From: Paludibacteraceae bacterium
GTDB taxonomy: Bacteria; Bacteroidota; Bacteroidia; Bacteroidales; Paludibacteraceae
DNA: 64,000 nt
Reading direction: 5' to 3'
NCBI GenBank assembly: GCA_045654945.1
Contig: JAZOOG010000017.1
Location: 46,066-110,065 of the forward strand
In this document: piece after piece, positions 19,642 through 28,519 of the stretch
How the letters are laid out: every line of letters starts with the position of its first letter
Numbering within the stretch: the stretch's first letter is position 1
The notes under the pieces: generated by a model
Seen by the model: only the letters and a program-made list of their open reading frames with translations
Told to the model about the DNA's origin: nothing
Databases searched by the model: none
Position numbers and translations under genes: made by a program

Positions 19642-19683
19642 CTCACCCCGCTACTCATTCTAAGATGGCGGGGTGAGTTTTTA
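19642..19683 (+). terminator. Rho-independent terminator
   Basis: CTCACCCCGC ... GCGGGGTGAG followed by TTTTTA. Confidence 0.75.
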
Positions 19684-20027
19684 TATTCTTCTTGCTCGTA
19701 TCAATGCTCGTATTCAAGTGATCCTTCGGCAAAGGTTTGGTATCCCTTCGGGAAATGGAAGGTTAAACGAGTCTCTATGGACAACTAAAAAAACTACTTT
19801 TTTCTCTACTTTATCCTGCTTTCCAGCAGTCTTACCCGTTACCACTCCGTTATCACTCCGATATTGTCCAATACTTTCCCCGTAGTTTGGCAGGGTGAAT
19901 ACAATGCTGTCACACAAGAAGGTAACAAAATGAACATTGAACGACCTCCATCCACCGCTTATCCACCGCTTATCCACCCGATAAAGACACAACAAATTTC
20001 GCCTAAAAGTAAACTTTTCGCTCATTT

Positions 20028-20060
20028 GCTTGCAAATGTGCATTATTTGTTGTACCTTTG
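20028..20060 (+). promoter_or_regulatory. Promoter for the PBP1A gene
   Basis: cTTGcaaatgtgcattatttgttgTACCTTTGcagg, 20 nt upstream of the ATG at 20080. Confidence 0.6.
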
Positions 20061-20079
20061 CAGGATAATTTGGTGTAAT

Positions 20080-22407
20080 ATGCAATCTAATATAAAAACT
20101 ATGGATAAAAAACAAAAAACGGGTATCGGAAATCGGGTATCGGGAAACGAAAGATTTAAGAAAACATTTGCTGCATGGTTCTGGAGCCTTTTTGCTACGG
20201 GAATGGTGGCTGTCGTACTGCTATTTTGGATGATTACCAAGGGTTGGTTGGGCTATTTGCCTCCGTTGGAAGAGTTGCAGAACCCCAAGAATAAGTATGC
20301 TACTGAGGTTATCTCAAGCGATATGCAGTTGCTCGGACGTTACTATCGCAACGAGAATCGTGTCAGCGTGAACTATACCGAAATCTCGCCCAATATGATT
20401 AATGCGCTGATTGCTACTGAGGATGTACGCTATTATGACCATACGGGTGTGGATATCAAGTCATTGATGCGTGCGGTTATGAAACTGGGTAGGGCAGGTG
20501 GCGGTAGTACACTCACCCAGCAGTTGGCTAAGCAATTGTGGTCGCCTCGTGCGAACAATATATTTGAGCGTGCGCTGCAAAAACCCATAGAGTGGGTGAT
20601 TGCCACCAAACTGGAACGCCTCTATTCCAAAGAGGAGATACTGACAATGTATCTAAACCAGTTTGATTTTCTCTATAATGCGGTGGGTATCAAGTCGGCA
20701 GCACAGGTATATTTCAGCACAACGCCTGCGGAACTCAACTTGGAGCAATCGGCCATGCTCGTTGGAATGTGTAAGAACCCAGCTCTCTACAATCCTCGTC
20801 GTCGCCCTGAGAACGCGCTCAACCGCCGTAATACGGTACTCAATCAGATGTGCAAATATGATTACATCACTGAGCAGGTGTGCGACTCGCTCAAACAACT
20901 ACCTATAGAACTCAAATACCAATCGGTGGACCACAAACAGGGCATGGCACCTTATTTCCGCGAGTATTTGCGCCAAATGCTGACTGCCAAGGAACCCAAA
21001 AAGAGCAACTATTCGGAGTGGAATATGCTGCAATATGAGATTGATAAACGCCAATGGGAGGAGAACCCGCTGTATGGTTTTTGCAACAAGAACCACAAAC
21101 CCGATGGTATGCCTTATGACTTATACCAAGATGGTTTGCGTGTTTATACCACTATTGATTCGCGTATGCAGCAATACGCTGAGGAGGCGGTGAGTGAGCA
21201 TATGCAAGACCTACAAAAGAGTTTCTTCCGCGAGAAACGCAAGAAATCATATGCTCCTTTCTCCAAGGATCTTACACCCGAGGAGATTGATGGTATCATG
21301 AATCGCTCTATGCGTCAAACCGATCGCTATCGTGCATTGAAAAAACAAGGAATGAACGAAACTGCTATCAAGCAGGTGTTCAATACGCCTGTCAATATGC
21401 GTGTGTTCTCGTATAACGGACTGATTGACACCACTATGACGCCTATGGATTCCATCCGCTGGAACAAACATTTCCTGCGTTGTGGTTTCATGTCAATGGA
21501 TGCCCATTCGGGTGCAGTTAAAGCCTATGTGGGCGGTCCTAACTTTGCTCATTTCCAATATGATATGGTCAGTACAGGTCGCCGTCAGGTAGGTTCTACA
21601 ATCAAGCCCTACCTCTTTACATTGGCAATGGATGAGGGTATGTGGCCATGCGATAGTACTGTGAATGACTCTATTACCCTGATTGATGGCAATGGTGTGC
21701 GTTGGACTCCGCGTGATGAACACTTGGCTAACCAAGGCGAGATGGTTACGCTCAACTGGGGATTGGAGAAATCGAGCAACTGGATTACTGCCTATCTGAT
21801 GTCACTCTTTACGCCTGAGCAGTTGGTGCGTATGATGCGTTCGTTTGGTATAGAAGGCCAACTCGACCCTGTGGTCAGTCTCTGTTTGGGACCATGTGAG
21901 GTGAGTGTGAAGGAGATGGTGGATGCTTATACCACTTTCCCTAATAAAGGTATCCGTGTTGAACCGTTGTATGTCACTCGTATTGAGGATAATAACGGCA
22001 ATATATTGGCTACCTTCACGCCTAAGACCTATGAGATTATCAGCGAGACTACCTCCTATAAGATGATCTATATGTTGCGCAATGTGATGGATCATGGTAC
22101 GGGAGTGCGTGCGCGTTTCCGTTATGGACTCAAAGCTCCGATGGGCGGCAAGACGGGTACTTCGCAGAACCACTCTGACGGTTGGTTTGTAGGTTTTACG
22201 CCATCGTTGGTGAGTGGTGTATGGGTTGGTGGCGAAGACCGCAGTATTCACTTTGACAATATGTCCGCGGGTCAAGGCGCTAATATGGCATTGCCTATTT
22301 GGTCTATTTATATGCAGAAGGTATATGCGAATGAGGAGTTGGGCTATAGCGTAGAGGAGCAGTTTGATGTGCCCGAGTGGTTCGATGCCGAGGCAGGATG
22401 TAAGTGA
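20080..22407 (+). CDS. mrcA: Class A penicillin-binding protein (transglycosylase/transpeptidase, PBP1A)
   Basis: GT51 motifs EDVRYYDHTGVD, GGSTLTQQLAK and RKPIEW-like. Transpeptidase motifs STIKP, SSN and KTGTS. The track start (19864) lies upstream of the promoter, so the start is set at ATG 20080 (20101 is also possible). The N-terminal tail carries the heptamer-derived TGIGNRVSGNE. Confidence 0.9.
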   Translation: MQSNIKTMDKKQKTGIGNRVSGNERFKKTFAAWFWSLFATGMVAVVLLFWMITKGWLGYLPPLEELQNPKNKYATEVISSDMQLLGRYYRNENRVSVNYTEISPNMINALIATEDVRYYDHTGVDIKSLMRAVMKLGRAGGGSTLTQQLAKQLWSPRANNIFERALQKPIEWVIATKLERLYSKEEILTMYLNQFDFLYNAVGIKSAAQVYFSTTPAELNLEQSAMLVGMCKNPALYNPRRRPENALNRRNTVLNQMCKYDYITEQVCDSLKQLPIELKYQSVDHKQGMAPYFREYLRQMLTAKEPKKSNYSEWNMLQYEIDKRQWEENPLYGFCNKNHKPDGMPYDLYQDGLRVYTTIDSRMQQYAEEAVSEHMQDLQKSFFREKRKKSYAPFSKDLTPEEIDGIMNRSMRQTDRYRALKKQGMNETAIKQVFNTPVNMRVFSYNGLIDTTMTPMDSIRWNKHFLRCGFMSMDAHSGAVKAYVGGPNFAHFQYDMVSTGRRQVGSTIKPYLFTLAMDEGMWPCDSTVNDSITLIDGNGVRWTPRDEHLANQGEMVTLNWGLEKSSNWITAYLMSLFTPEQLVRMMRSFGIEGQLDPVVSLCLGPCEVSVKEMVDAYTTFPNKGIRVEPLYVTRIEDNNGNILATFTPKTYEIISETTSYKMIYMLRNVMDHGTGVRARFRYGLKAPMGGKTGTSQNHSDGWFVGFTPSLVSGVWVGGEDRSIHFDNMSAGQGANMALPIWSIYMQKVYANEELGYSVEEQFDVPEWFDAEAGCK

Positions 22408-22441
22408 CGGTTATAGGCTAAAGGCGATATGGCGAGAGGTT

Positions 22442-24442
22442 ATGAGAAGGATATTGTACATAGTATTGGGTTGCTGCATGAGCGTGATGAGCGTGGCGCA
22501 GTTGAACACCGATCGCATAACGGCTATCGGACGCAATGCGCTGTACTTTGATGATTATGTGCTGAGTATTCAATATTTCAATCAAGTCATCAAACTCAAG
22601 CCATACCTGAGCGAACCGTATCTGTTGCGTGCGATAGCCAAGATTCAGTTAGGCGATTATACGGGTGCTGAACAGGATTGCCATGCAGCGATCAACCGTA
22701 ATCCCTTTCAACCAGGCGCTTACTACACCCGCGGATTTATCTACCGCCAGACCGACCAACTGGAGAAAGCCGAACGTGACTTTAGCGAAGCACTCATCTT
22801 TGCTCCCGAAAATAGGACGTATATCGCCATGCGTGCCGATGTGTTGGCAGAACTGGAGCAATATGATCTGGCTTTGCAAGATATTAACCATTTGTTACAC
22901 CGCGATCCACATTCGGCAGCTTTGCACTTTGAGAAGGGTAGTATCTGCCTGCGCAGCAATGACACTATTTGCGCGCTCAATGCTTTTGCGCAAGCGACCG
23001 AATATGACTCGCAGAACCCAGCGAACTGGTCGGCATTGGGCTTAGTGCAACTGATGCAAGATAATCAGGATGATGCCCTGATGTCGCTGAGCAAATCCAT
23101 TGAGTTCGGTAGCAAATGGGCTGGCGACTATATCAACCGTGGTATCATCTACTATCGCAAACACAACTATCGTAGTGCCCTTGCAGACTACGATAGGGCT
23201 GTGTCGCTCTCGCCACGCGATGCACAATGCTACTATAATCGTGGTGTGTTGCGACAGGAACTGGGCGACTACAATCGTGCGTTGGAGGACTTTACGCAAG
23301 CCATTCACTTTGCTCCCGAAAGGATAGAACTGTACTATCAACGCGGTATGGTTCAACTGCAATTGCGCCAATGGCAAGAGGCACTCAATGACTTCAATAC
23401 CATCATGGCGCGTTATCCGTATTTCCTGCCCGCGTACTATCTGGCAGCTCAGGCAGAGACATCGCTTGGACATGGCAAAGAAGCTACTCTACTGCGTCAA
23501 CAGGCATACCACCTCGAGCAAAAGAAAGACAGTATCCAGTCACTACAGACCCATATGCAGTTGGCGGATAACCAACCGCAACAACGCGATCGCCGAAAGG
23601 AGTTTTCTACCCTCGCAGCGCAGAACCAAGAGTCGAACGAAGAGGAGAATAAATACGAAAGCGACACTCGTGGTGCCGTACAAAAACGCTTTGCTGATGT
23701 GGTGAACGAGCCTAATATATTCCTCTCGTATTATGCAAGCAACACGAATGCTAATGCGTTGCGTCAGACCAACTATTCGCACGCTACGGTGGATGCCTAC
23801 AACCGAGCGCTACGTCTGCCTGCACCTTTGCGTTTTACTACACAGGAGATCAATTTGACAGCGGATATGGTGAATCAGCACTTTGCTCAAATCAGCGATC
23901 TCTCGCACCAGATTGACCTGCTGGAGCAGATGGCACAGCCAGGTTCCACGAATAACGACTTGCTCTGCGCATCCTATATCGCGCGCGCTTTTGAGTTTGC
24001 GTTGGTGCAAGATTATTCCTCAGCATTGGATGACGTAACTCGTGCCATATTAATGGATAGCAAAATGTATTTTGCCTATTTCTGCCGTGCTAACTGGCGG
24101 TATAAGTGGTTGGAATATAAGCGAGCTATAGGCGAACCTACTGACAAAGCGGACTTCGAGTTGATGATGCGCGACTATGACTATGTCATCAACCATTTAC
24201 CTGACTTCTCGTTTGCCTACTATAATAAGGCGAATATGCTCTGTATCCAACAGGACTTTAAGGCTGCTATCTCCTACTACACCCAAGCTATTGCAGCTGA
24301 TGGTGATTTTGCCGAAGCATACTTCAATCGTGGCTTAACCTATATCTATATAGGTGAGAACGACAAAGGTATTGCAGACCTGAGTAAGGCAGGCGAATTG
24401 GGTGTGTATCAAGCGTATAATTTGATTTCCCGATTCCAGTAA
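22442..24442 (+). CDS. Secreted tetratricopeptide-repeat protein
   Basis: Signal-like MRRILYIVLGCCMSVMSVAQ, then many TPR units (A..YYNRG........A..D...AI). The start is set at ATG 22442, not the track start 22364, which overlaps the PBP1A end. Confidence 0.8.
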   Translation: MRRILYIVLGCCMSVMSVAQLNTDRITAIGRNALYFDDYVLSIQYFNQVIKLKPYLSEPYLLRAIAKIQLGDYTGAEQDCHAAINRNPFQPGAYYTRGFIYRQTDQLEKAERDFSEALIFAPENRTYIAMRADVLAELEQYDLALQDINHLLHRDPHSAALHFEKGSICLRSNDTICALNAFAQATEYDSQNPANWSALGLVQLMQDNQDDALMSLSKSIEFGSKWAGDYINRGIIYYRKHNYRSALADYDRAVSLSPRDAQCYYNRGVLRQELGDYNRALEDFTQAIHFAPERIELYYQRGMVQLQLRQWQEALNDFNTIMARYPYFLPAYYLAAQAETSLGHGKEATLLRQQAYHLEQKKDSIQSLQTHMQLADNQPQQRDRRKEFSTLAAQNQESNEEENKYESDTRGAVQKRFADVVNEPNIFLSYYASNTNANALRQTNYSHATVDAYNRALRLPAPLRFTTQEINLTADMVNQHFAQISDLSHQIDLLEQMAQPGSTNNDLLCASYIARAFEFALVQDYSSALDDVTRAILMDSKMYFAYFCRANWRYKWLEYKRAIGEPTDKADFELMMRDYDYVINHLPDFSFAYYNKANMLCIQQDFKAAISYYTQAIAADGDFAEAYFNRGLTYIYIGENDKGIADLSKAGELGVYQAYNLISRFQ

Positions 24443-24459
24443 GGTAGATATTGGTATAC

Positions 24460-24490
24460 AAAAAAAAGCGCATTGCTGCGCTTTTTTTTG
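24460..24490. terminator. Bidirectional terminator between the convergent TPR and guaA genes
   Basis: AAAAAAAAGCGCATTGCTGCGCTTTTTTTT. Confidence 0.85.
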
Positions 24491-24531
24491 AGGTATCATA
24501 AACACACTACTGTGTGATATATCCGATAGGA

Positions 24532-25800
24532 TTACTCCCACTCGATTGTTGCGGGTGGTTTTGCAGAGATATCATAGCATACGCGGTTGACACCTTGTAC
24601 CTTGTTGATAATCTCGTTAGACACCTTAGCCATGAACTCGTATGGAAGACGAGCCCAGTCAGCCGTCATAGCATCCACAGAGAGGACTGCGCGGAGAGCT
24701 ACTGGATGCTCGTAGGTACGCACATCACCCTTCATACCCGTACTACGAACGGTTGAGAGGAGGATAGCACCAGCTTGCCAAACCTTGTCGTAGAGCGCAA
24801 CGCCGTTCTCATCTTTCCACTCGCGAAGCATGTTCACATAGATAGCGTCAGCCTCTTGGAGGATGCGTACTTTCTCAGGAGTAATATCACCCAAGATACG
24901 AACACCAAGACCTGGACCTGGGAAAGGATGGCGACCGATAAGGTGCTCAGGTACACCCATATAACGACCAATACGGCGAACCTCATCCTTGAAGAGGAGC
25001 TTGAGTGGCTCGCAGAGCTTGAGGTTCATCTCTTTAGGCAGACCACCTACGTTGTGGTGAGACTTGATGACCTTACCAGAGTGGTTGATAGACTCAATGA
25101 TATCTGGGTAGATAGTACCTTGACCGAGCCATTTAGCATCGGTGATCTTCTTAGCTTCCTCATCAAATACTTGGATGAAGTCGCGGCCGATAATCTTACG
25201 TTTTTGCTCAGGGTCAGTTACGCCAGCGAGGTCGCCATAGAAGCGAGCTTTGGCGTCCACACCAATTACATTGAGACCGAGGCACTCGTAGTCGCGGAGT
25301 ACGTTTTCGAACTCGTCCTTGCGGAGCAATCCGTGATCCACGAAGATACAGGTGAGTTGGCTGCCGATAGCACGGTTGAGGAGCACAGCTGTGATAGAGC
25401 TGTCCACACCACCAGAGAGGGCCAGGATTACGCGGTCGGTACCGATTTGCTCCTTGAGCTCTGCTACGGTAGTCTCTACGAAGTTAGCAGGAGTCCAGTC
25501 TTGTGCGCTATGGCATGTGTCAAGCACGAATGGACGAAGCTCCTCTACGGTAGGTTGTTCGCCTTTAGCAATGTTGAGTACTGGGATGCAAGAGCAGAAT
25601 TGGCTGAGGGTGTTTTGGAGTACCTCAGGTTGTTCTACAGCATCCTTATCGCCCGAGAGGATAAGACCAATGATGTCTTTGTCATCCTCTGGGTATTTGT
25701 TGTAAGGAAGGACCTCGCAGAAGGTATCCAGTTCGCGCACACGGCGACCGATGACTTGGGTAGTTTCTGATCCGAGATCGAGAATAATGATTTTTTGCAT
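24532..25800 (-). CDS. guaA: GMP synthase with a truncated, catalytically degenerate glutamine-amidotransferase domain
   Basis: The ATP-PPase and dimerisation parts are intact ([42 protein letters not shown], ...KPPATIEWE). The N-terminal domain is only about 85 aa. [11 protein letters not shown] replaces the GVCYGMQ nucleophile elbow, and the His/Glu region is absent. Confidence 0.85.
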   Translation of the reverse strand: MQKIIILDLGSETTQVIGRRVRELDTFCEVLPYNKYPEDDKDIIGLILSGDKDAVEQPEVLQNTLSQFCSCIPVLNIAKGEQPTVEELRPFVLDTCHSAQDWTPANFVETTVAELKEQIGTDRVILALSGGVDSSITAVLLNRAIGSQLTCIFVDHGLLRKDEFENVLRDYECLGLNVIGVDAKARFYGDLAGVTDPEQKRKIIGRDFIQVFDEEAKKITDAKWLGQGTIYPDIIESINHSGKVIKSHHNVGGLPKEMNLKLCEPLKLLFKDEVRRIGRYMGVPEHLIGRHPFPGPGLGVRILGDITPEKVRILQEADAIYVNMLREWKDENGVALYDKVWQAGAILLSTVRSTGMKGDVRTYEHPVALRAVLSVDAMTADWARLPYEFMAKVSNEIINKVQGVNRVCYDISAKPPATIEWE

Positions 25801-25819
25801 ATGTTCTTTGTTTTTAAAA

Positions 25820-25908
25820 GTTCAATATGGTTCAATATTGTTCAATGTGGTTCAAAGTTGTGCAATGCTGAACAATGTTGAACGCGAAGCACTGAACAAT
25901 GTTGAACA
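25820..25908. repeat. GTTCAA/TTGAAC array with 10-bp phasing, copy B (guaB|guaA junction)
   Basis: GTTCAA at 25820, 25830, 25840 and 25850, then CTGAAC/TTGAAC units around CGCGAAGCAC. Confidence 0.9.
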
Positions 25909-25922
25909 AACGGCAATGCCGC

Positions 25923-27386
25923 TTATTGTCCGCGGGTGTAGTTAGGAGTCTCAGAGGTGATGGTGATGTCGTGTGGGTGACTTTCGGTCATACCAGCAGC
26001 AGTAACACGCACAAACTTAGCCGATTTGAGTTCCTCCAAGTTGTGAGCACCTACGTAACCCATACCAGAGCGAAGACCGCCCATGAGTTGGAAAATAGTC
26101 TCAGAGACGTGACCTTTGTAAGGTACACGACCTACGATACCTTCTGGCACGAGTTTGTTGACATTAGTCTCTTTGCCTTGGAAGTAGCGGTCCGCAGAAC
26201 CTGCTTTCATGGCGTCGATGGAACCCATGCCACGGTAGGATTTGAACTTACGACCGTTGTAGATGATTGTGTCGCCAGGAGCTTCTTCTGTACCAGCGAA
26301 CATTGAGCCGCACATCACGCAGTTGCCACCAGCAGCGAGGGCTTTGACCACATCACCCGAGTAGCGAAGACCACCATCTGCAATCATTGGCACACCAGTT
26401 CCTCTGAGGGCATCGGCTACTTCGAAGATAGCTGTCAACTGTGGCACACCTACACCAGCGATGATACGAGTAGTACAGATGCTACCAGGACCGATACCGA
26501 CCTTCACACCGTCAGCACCATTTTCTACGAGGTACTTAGCGGCTTCCGCTGTAGCAATATTACCTACTACTACATCCAAGTCAGGATATGTGGCTTTGAT
26601 AGTACGGAGTGCGTTGACGATATTTTTAGAGTGACCGTGGGCTGAATCGAGCACCACAGCATCCACGCCCTCTTTATAGAGCGCAGCTACGCGATTCATA
26701 AAGTCGGGTGTGATACCTACACCTGCTGCACAACGCAGACGGCCTTTGGCATCTTTGCATGCGTTAGGGAAGTCTTTGAGTTTGGTGATATCCTTATAGG
26801 TAACAAGGCCTACGAGTTTGCCTTGGTTATCCACGACTGGTAGTTTCTCTACTTTGTGTGCTTGGAGAGCACCCATAATCACTTCGTTGTCGGTCGATGA
26901 GATAGTGATGAGGTTCTCGCTGGTCATCACTTCGCCAATTTTGCGTGAATAATCGGTCTCAAAACGCAGGTCACGATTGGTGACGATACCCACGAGGTTA
27001 TTGGCTTCGTCTACCACAGGAATACCACCGATGTGGTTGTCGTGCATGAGTTGCTCTGCATCGCCTACTGTTTGGTCGGCAGTGATGGTGATAGGATCGG
27101 AGATGAGTCCGTTCTCCGCACGCTTCACGCGACGCACTTCGGCTGCTTGTGCAGCGATAGACATGTTCTTGTGAATCACACCAATACCACCCTCACGAGC
27201 AATAGCAATAGCCATCTTAGACTCGGTCACGGTGTCCATAGCAGCCGATACCACTGGGATATTCAGACTGATATTGCGGGTGAATTGGCACTTAAGGTTT
27301 ACTTCACGAGGAAGTACCTCTGAATAGGATGGGACAAGCAATACATCATCGAATGTGAGTCCCTCTTGCAAAATACGAGAATTCAT
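25923..27386 (-). CDS. guaB: IMP dehydrogenase
   Basis: [10 protein letters not shown], a CBS pair, [19 protein letters not shown]. Confidence 0.95.
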   Translation of the reverse strand: MNSRILQEGLTFDDVLLVPSYSEVLPREVNLKCQFTRNISLNIPVVSAAMDTVTESKMAIAIAREGGIGVIHKNMSIAAQAAEVRRVKRAENGLISDPITITADQTVGDAEQLMHDNHIGGIPVVDEANNLVGIVTNRDLRFETDYSRKIGEVMTSENLITISSTDNEVIMGALQAHKVEKLPVVDNQGKLVGLVTYKDITKLKDFPNACKDAKGRLRCAAGVGITPDFMNRVAALYKEGVDAVVLDSAHGHSKNIVNALRTIKATYPDLDVVVGNIATAEAAKYLVENGADGVKVGIGPGSICTTRIIAGVGVPQLTAIFEVADALRGTGVPMIADGGLRYSGDVVKALAAGGNCVMCGSMFAGTEEAPGDTIIYNGRKFKSYRGMGSIDAMKAGSADRYFQGKETNVNKLVPEGIVGRVPYKGHVSETIFQLMGGLRSGMGYVGAHNLEELKSAKFVRVTAAGMTESHPHDITITSETPNYTRGQ

Positions 27387-27433
27387 ATCTTATTTCAGTT
27401 TATAGTTGACAATTGAATGTTTATAAGCGGTAT

Positions 27434-28486
27434 TTACAATGCGTGGTCGCAGTAGTAACAGCGTAGGACACCATCTGCATCTGTATACGCTTTTTTCTCC
27501 ACAGGTTCGGTAGTGACGATACAGCGGTCGTTGCTACATAGTTTATCTGTGAGATGTGTTTCTACTTTGTGTGACTCCTCGGCATCTTTCCATGAGAGCA
27601 GGGTGTAGATGAGTGCCATACGCACATACTTGCCATTCTCCACTTGGCGGAAATACGCAGCGCGTGGGTCTTTGTCCACATCTACGGTGATCTCGTTCAC
27701 GCGAGGTAGTGGGTGCAGCACAATCATATCGGCTTTGCCTAATGCCATCTTTTCGGTATCAAGTATGAAGGCATCCTTTAGGCGTTCATACTCGGCAGGG
27801 TCGTCGAAGCGCTCCTGCTGTACGCGCGTCATATAGAGGACATCCAACAGAGGCATTGCTTCCTCAATGGTGGAGTACTCACTATAGTTGTCACCCAACT
27901 CGTGCTTCATATAATCTGGCAAACGCAGTTCTGTAGGAGAGATTAGCACAAAATGCACACCCTCGTAACGCTTCATAGCCTTGATGAGCGAGTGTACGGT
28001 GCGACCGTACTTCAAGTCGCCACATAGACCTATAGTCAAATGGTCAAAATGTCCTAATTCTCTGCGGATTGTGAGCAAATCGGTCAGTGTTTGAGTAGGG
28101 TGCGAATGACCACCATCGCCTGCATTAATAATAGGGATTCGCGAGTATTCTGATGCCACGCGAGGTGAACCCTCTTTGTAGTGACGCATGGCGATAATGT
28201 CGGCAAAACTGCTGACGACACGCACGGTGTCAGCCACTGTCTCTCCTTTGCTTACGCTACTGCTCTTAGCATCGGAGAAACCCAAGACATTACCTCCAAG
28301 CTCCATCATGGCTGCGGTGAAACTAAGGCGCGTGCGAGTGCTTGGCTCATAAAAGAGTGTTGCGAGTTTCTTGCCGTGGCATGCCTCAGCATACATCTCC
28401 TTGTTGTTGATGATGTCCAATGCGCGGTTGATGATGATATCTACCTCTGCAGTGGTAAAATCGGTTGGGTCAATTAAGTGTCGCAT
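27434..28486 (-). CDS. pyrB: Aspartate carbamoyltransferase catalytic chain fused to a PyrI-type zinc domain
   Basis: [12 protein letters not shown] and HPLPR motifs, followed by a C-terminal ~45 aa: [35 protein letters not shown]. That is a C-x4-C...C-x2-C pattern, as in the PyrI zinc domain. No PyrI allosteric domain is present. Confidence 0.85.
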   Translation of the reverse strand: MRHLIDPTDFTTAEVDIIINRALDIINNKEMYAEACHGKKLATLFYEPSTRTRLSFTAAMMELGGNVLGFSDAKSSSVSKGETVADTVRVVSSFADIIAMRHYKEGSPRVASEYSRIPIINAGDGGHSHPTQTLTDLLTIRRELGHFDHLTIGLCGDLKYGRTVHSLIKAMKRYEGVHFVLISPTELRLPDYMKHELGDNYSEYSTIEEAMPLLDVLYMTRVQQERFDDPAEYERLKDAFILDTEKMALGKADMIVLHPLPRVNEITVDVDKDPRAAYFRQVENGKYVRMALIYTLLSWKDAEESHKVETHLTDKLCSNDRCIVTTEPVEKKAYTDADGVLRCYYCDHAL

Positions 28487-28519
28487 TGATTAATAATTAA
28501 TAATGAAGAGTTAATATTT

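Noticed and set aside
19864-20079. N-terminal extensions suggested by the ORF track for PBP1A. The same applies to pyrD (33856-34065), recN (41507-41539), pyrC (35813-35842), the 5AR gene (41595-41651), the OYE gene (42346-42471), fcl (46353-46376), the TPR gene (22364-22441), folD (4897-4920) and purD (6325-6330).
   Set aside because: The extensions start at non-ATG codons or lie upstream of, or across, the TAnnTTTG -7 box or the preceding gene. They translate into non-homologous junk or repeat sequence. An internal ATG reproduces the canonical family N-terminus in each case.
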